Shown here: positions 15,376 to 15,914 of the stretch, piece by piece
How the letters are laid out: every line of letters begins with the position of its first letter
Numbering within the stretch: position 1 is the stretch's first letter
Assembly: GCA_964534625.1 (NCBI GenBank)
Contig: CAZHRF010000014.1
Span: 32,809-48,722 of the forward strand
Origin: an uncultured archaeon
GTDB lineage: Archaea > Asgardarchaeota > Heimdallarchaeia > Heimdallarchaeales > Heimdallarchaeaceae
Reading direction: 5' to 3'
DNA length: 15,914 bases
Program-made: the position numbers and the translations under genes
The notes under the pieces: generated by a model
The model's database searches: none
The model's input: only the letters and a program-made list of their open reading frames with translations
What the model was told of the DNA's origin: nothing

Positions 15376-15914
15376 CTAATATTTCTTTTTTCTATCTCTT
15401 AAGATAATTATATCAATTCCTGCTTCTTCTAAAAGTTCAAGAGCTTCTTCCCGTATGGTGGATTCTATAACGTATGTAATGAATAGTTTATGATCTGCTT
15501 TCCCAAATCTTTTTTCAATAAAAGCAACTTTGCGGAGAAAGGTTGTAATTTTATCAATTCTTTTAACAATTGCCGTTACTTCACCAATTACTAAAGGTTC
15601 TTCATTGAAAAGGTCTATTTCTACATCTTTGCTATTAGGAAAGACTTCATATTGTTGATCAAAGAAAGTTTTTTTCTTGATATCAATCTTTGGATACCCT
15701 TGCCCCTCCAAAAATGTTTCTAACCAATAACTATTGAATTCCTCAAAATCATGTCCAAATGATTCAGATAATTCATCCAATCTACTAAAAACTTTATTGA
15801 ATTGTGTATCCATTTTATCTTCAAATTTCTCAAAGCGCTTATCTATAGCTTCAAGGGCTTTTTGAAAATCAGACTTGGTGACCATAGCTTCAAAGCGTTT
15901 ATCCATAGCTTCAA
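15376..15914 (-). CDS. Heptad-repeat coiled-coil plus PD-(D/E)XK nuclease-like protein (DUF3782-like); 5' end beyond the window
   Basis: DKRFEA repeats, then G..FEE, EIDLF..LVIGEVT and FLRKVAFIEK. The frame is open to the window edge. Confidence 0.75.
   Translation of the reverse strand, partial: EAMDKRFEAMVTKSDFQKALEAIDKRFEKFEDKMDTQFNKVFSRLDELSESFGHDFEEFNSYWLETFLEGQGYPKIDIKKKTFFDQQYEVFPNSKDVEIDLFNEEPLVIGEVTAIVKRIDKITTFLRKVAFIEKRFGKADHKLFITYVIESTIREEALELLEEAGIDIIILRDRKKKY
15830..15914 (-). repeat. 21-bp-period coding repeat (DKRFEAM heptad)
   Basis: CCATAGCTTCAA at 15882-15893 and 15903-15914, with a degenerate copy at 15830-15854. Confidence 0.8.

Noticed and set aside
15830-15914. Possible CRISPR-like repeat
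   Set aside because: The repeats are in-frame coding heptads without unique spacers. No CRISPR array, tRNA or rRNA was recognised anywhere in the window.

Overview
AT-rich archaeal DNA, most likely from an Asgard archaeon. This is an inference from TATA-box/leaderless promoters, GAGGTG/GGAGG ribosome-binding sites, a RING-finger protein and a protein with mu-homology-like segments. In order, the window holds: two small membrane proteins; a minus-strand operon of two paralogous dCache receptors (TM-dCache-TM-HAMP-TPR-vWA, and TM-dCache-TM-HAMP with no output domain); a divergent operon of a bacterial-type PLP arginine decarboxylase (speA) and a zinc-ribbon/RING protein; a ~190-bp non-autonomous IS200/IS605 (TnpB omega-RNA-like) remnant; a small zinc-ribbon ORF missing from the ORF track that probably starts at ATT; a 637-aa acidic beta-sandwich protein resembling delta-COP/adaptin-mu; a glutaredoxin plus ferredoxin:thioredoxin-reductase catalytic subunit; a decayed patch (TMEM165/GDT1 fragment, frameshifted DUF5615 PIN toxin, intact DUF433 antitoxin); a split-barrel-MenA fusion; and a heptad-repeat PD-(D/E)XK-like protein cut by the window edge. 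The best candidate for an undescribed system is the kinase-less Cache-HAMP-TPR-vWA / Cache-HAMP receptor pair, which has acidic ligand pockets and lies back-to-back with an agmatine-producing enzyme. All family assignments come from motif recognition by eye, not database searches.
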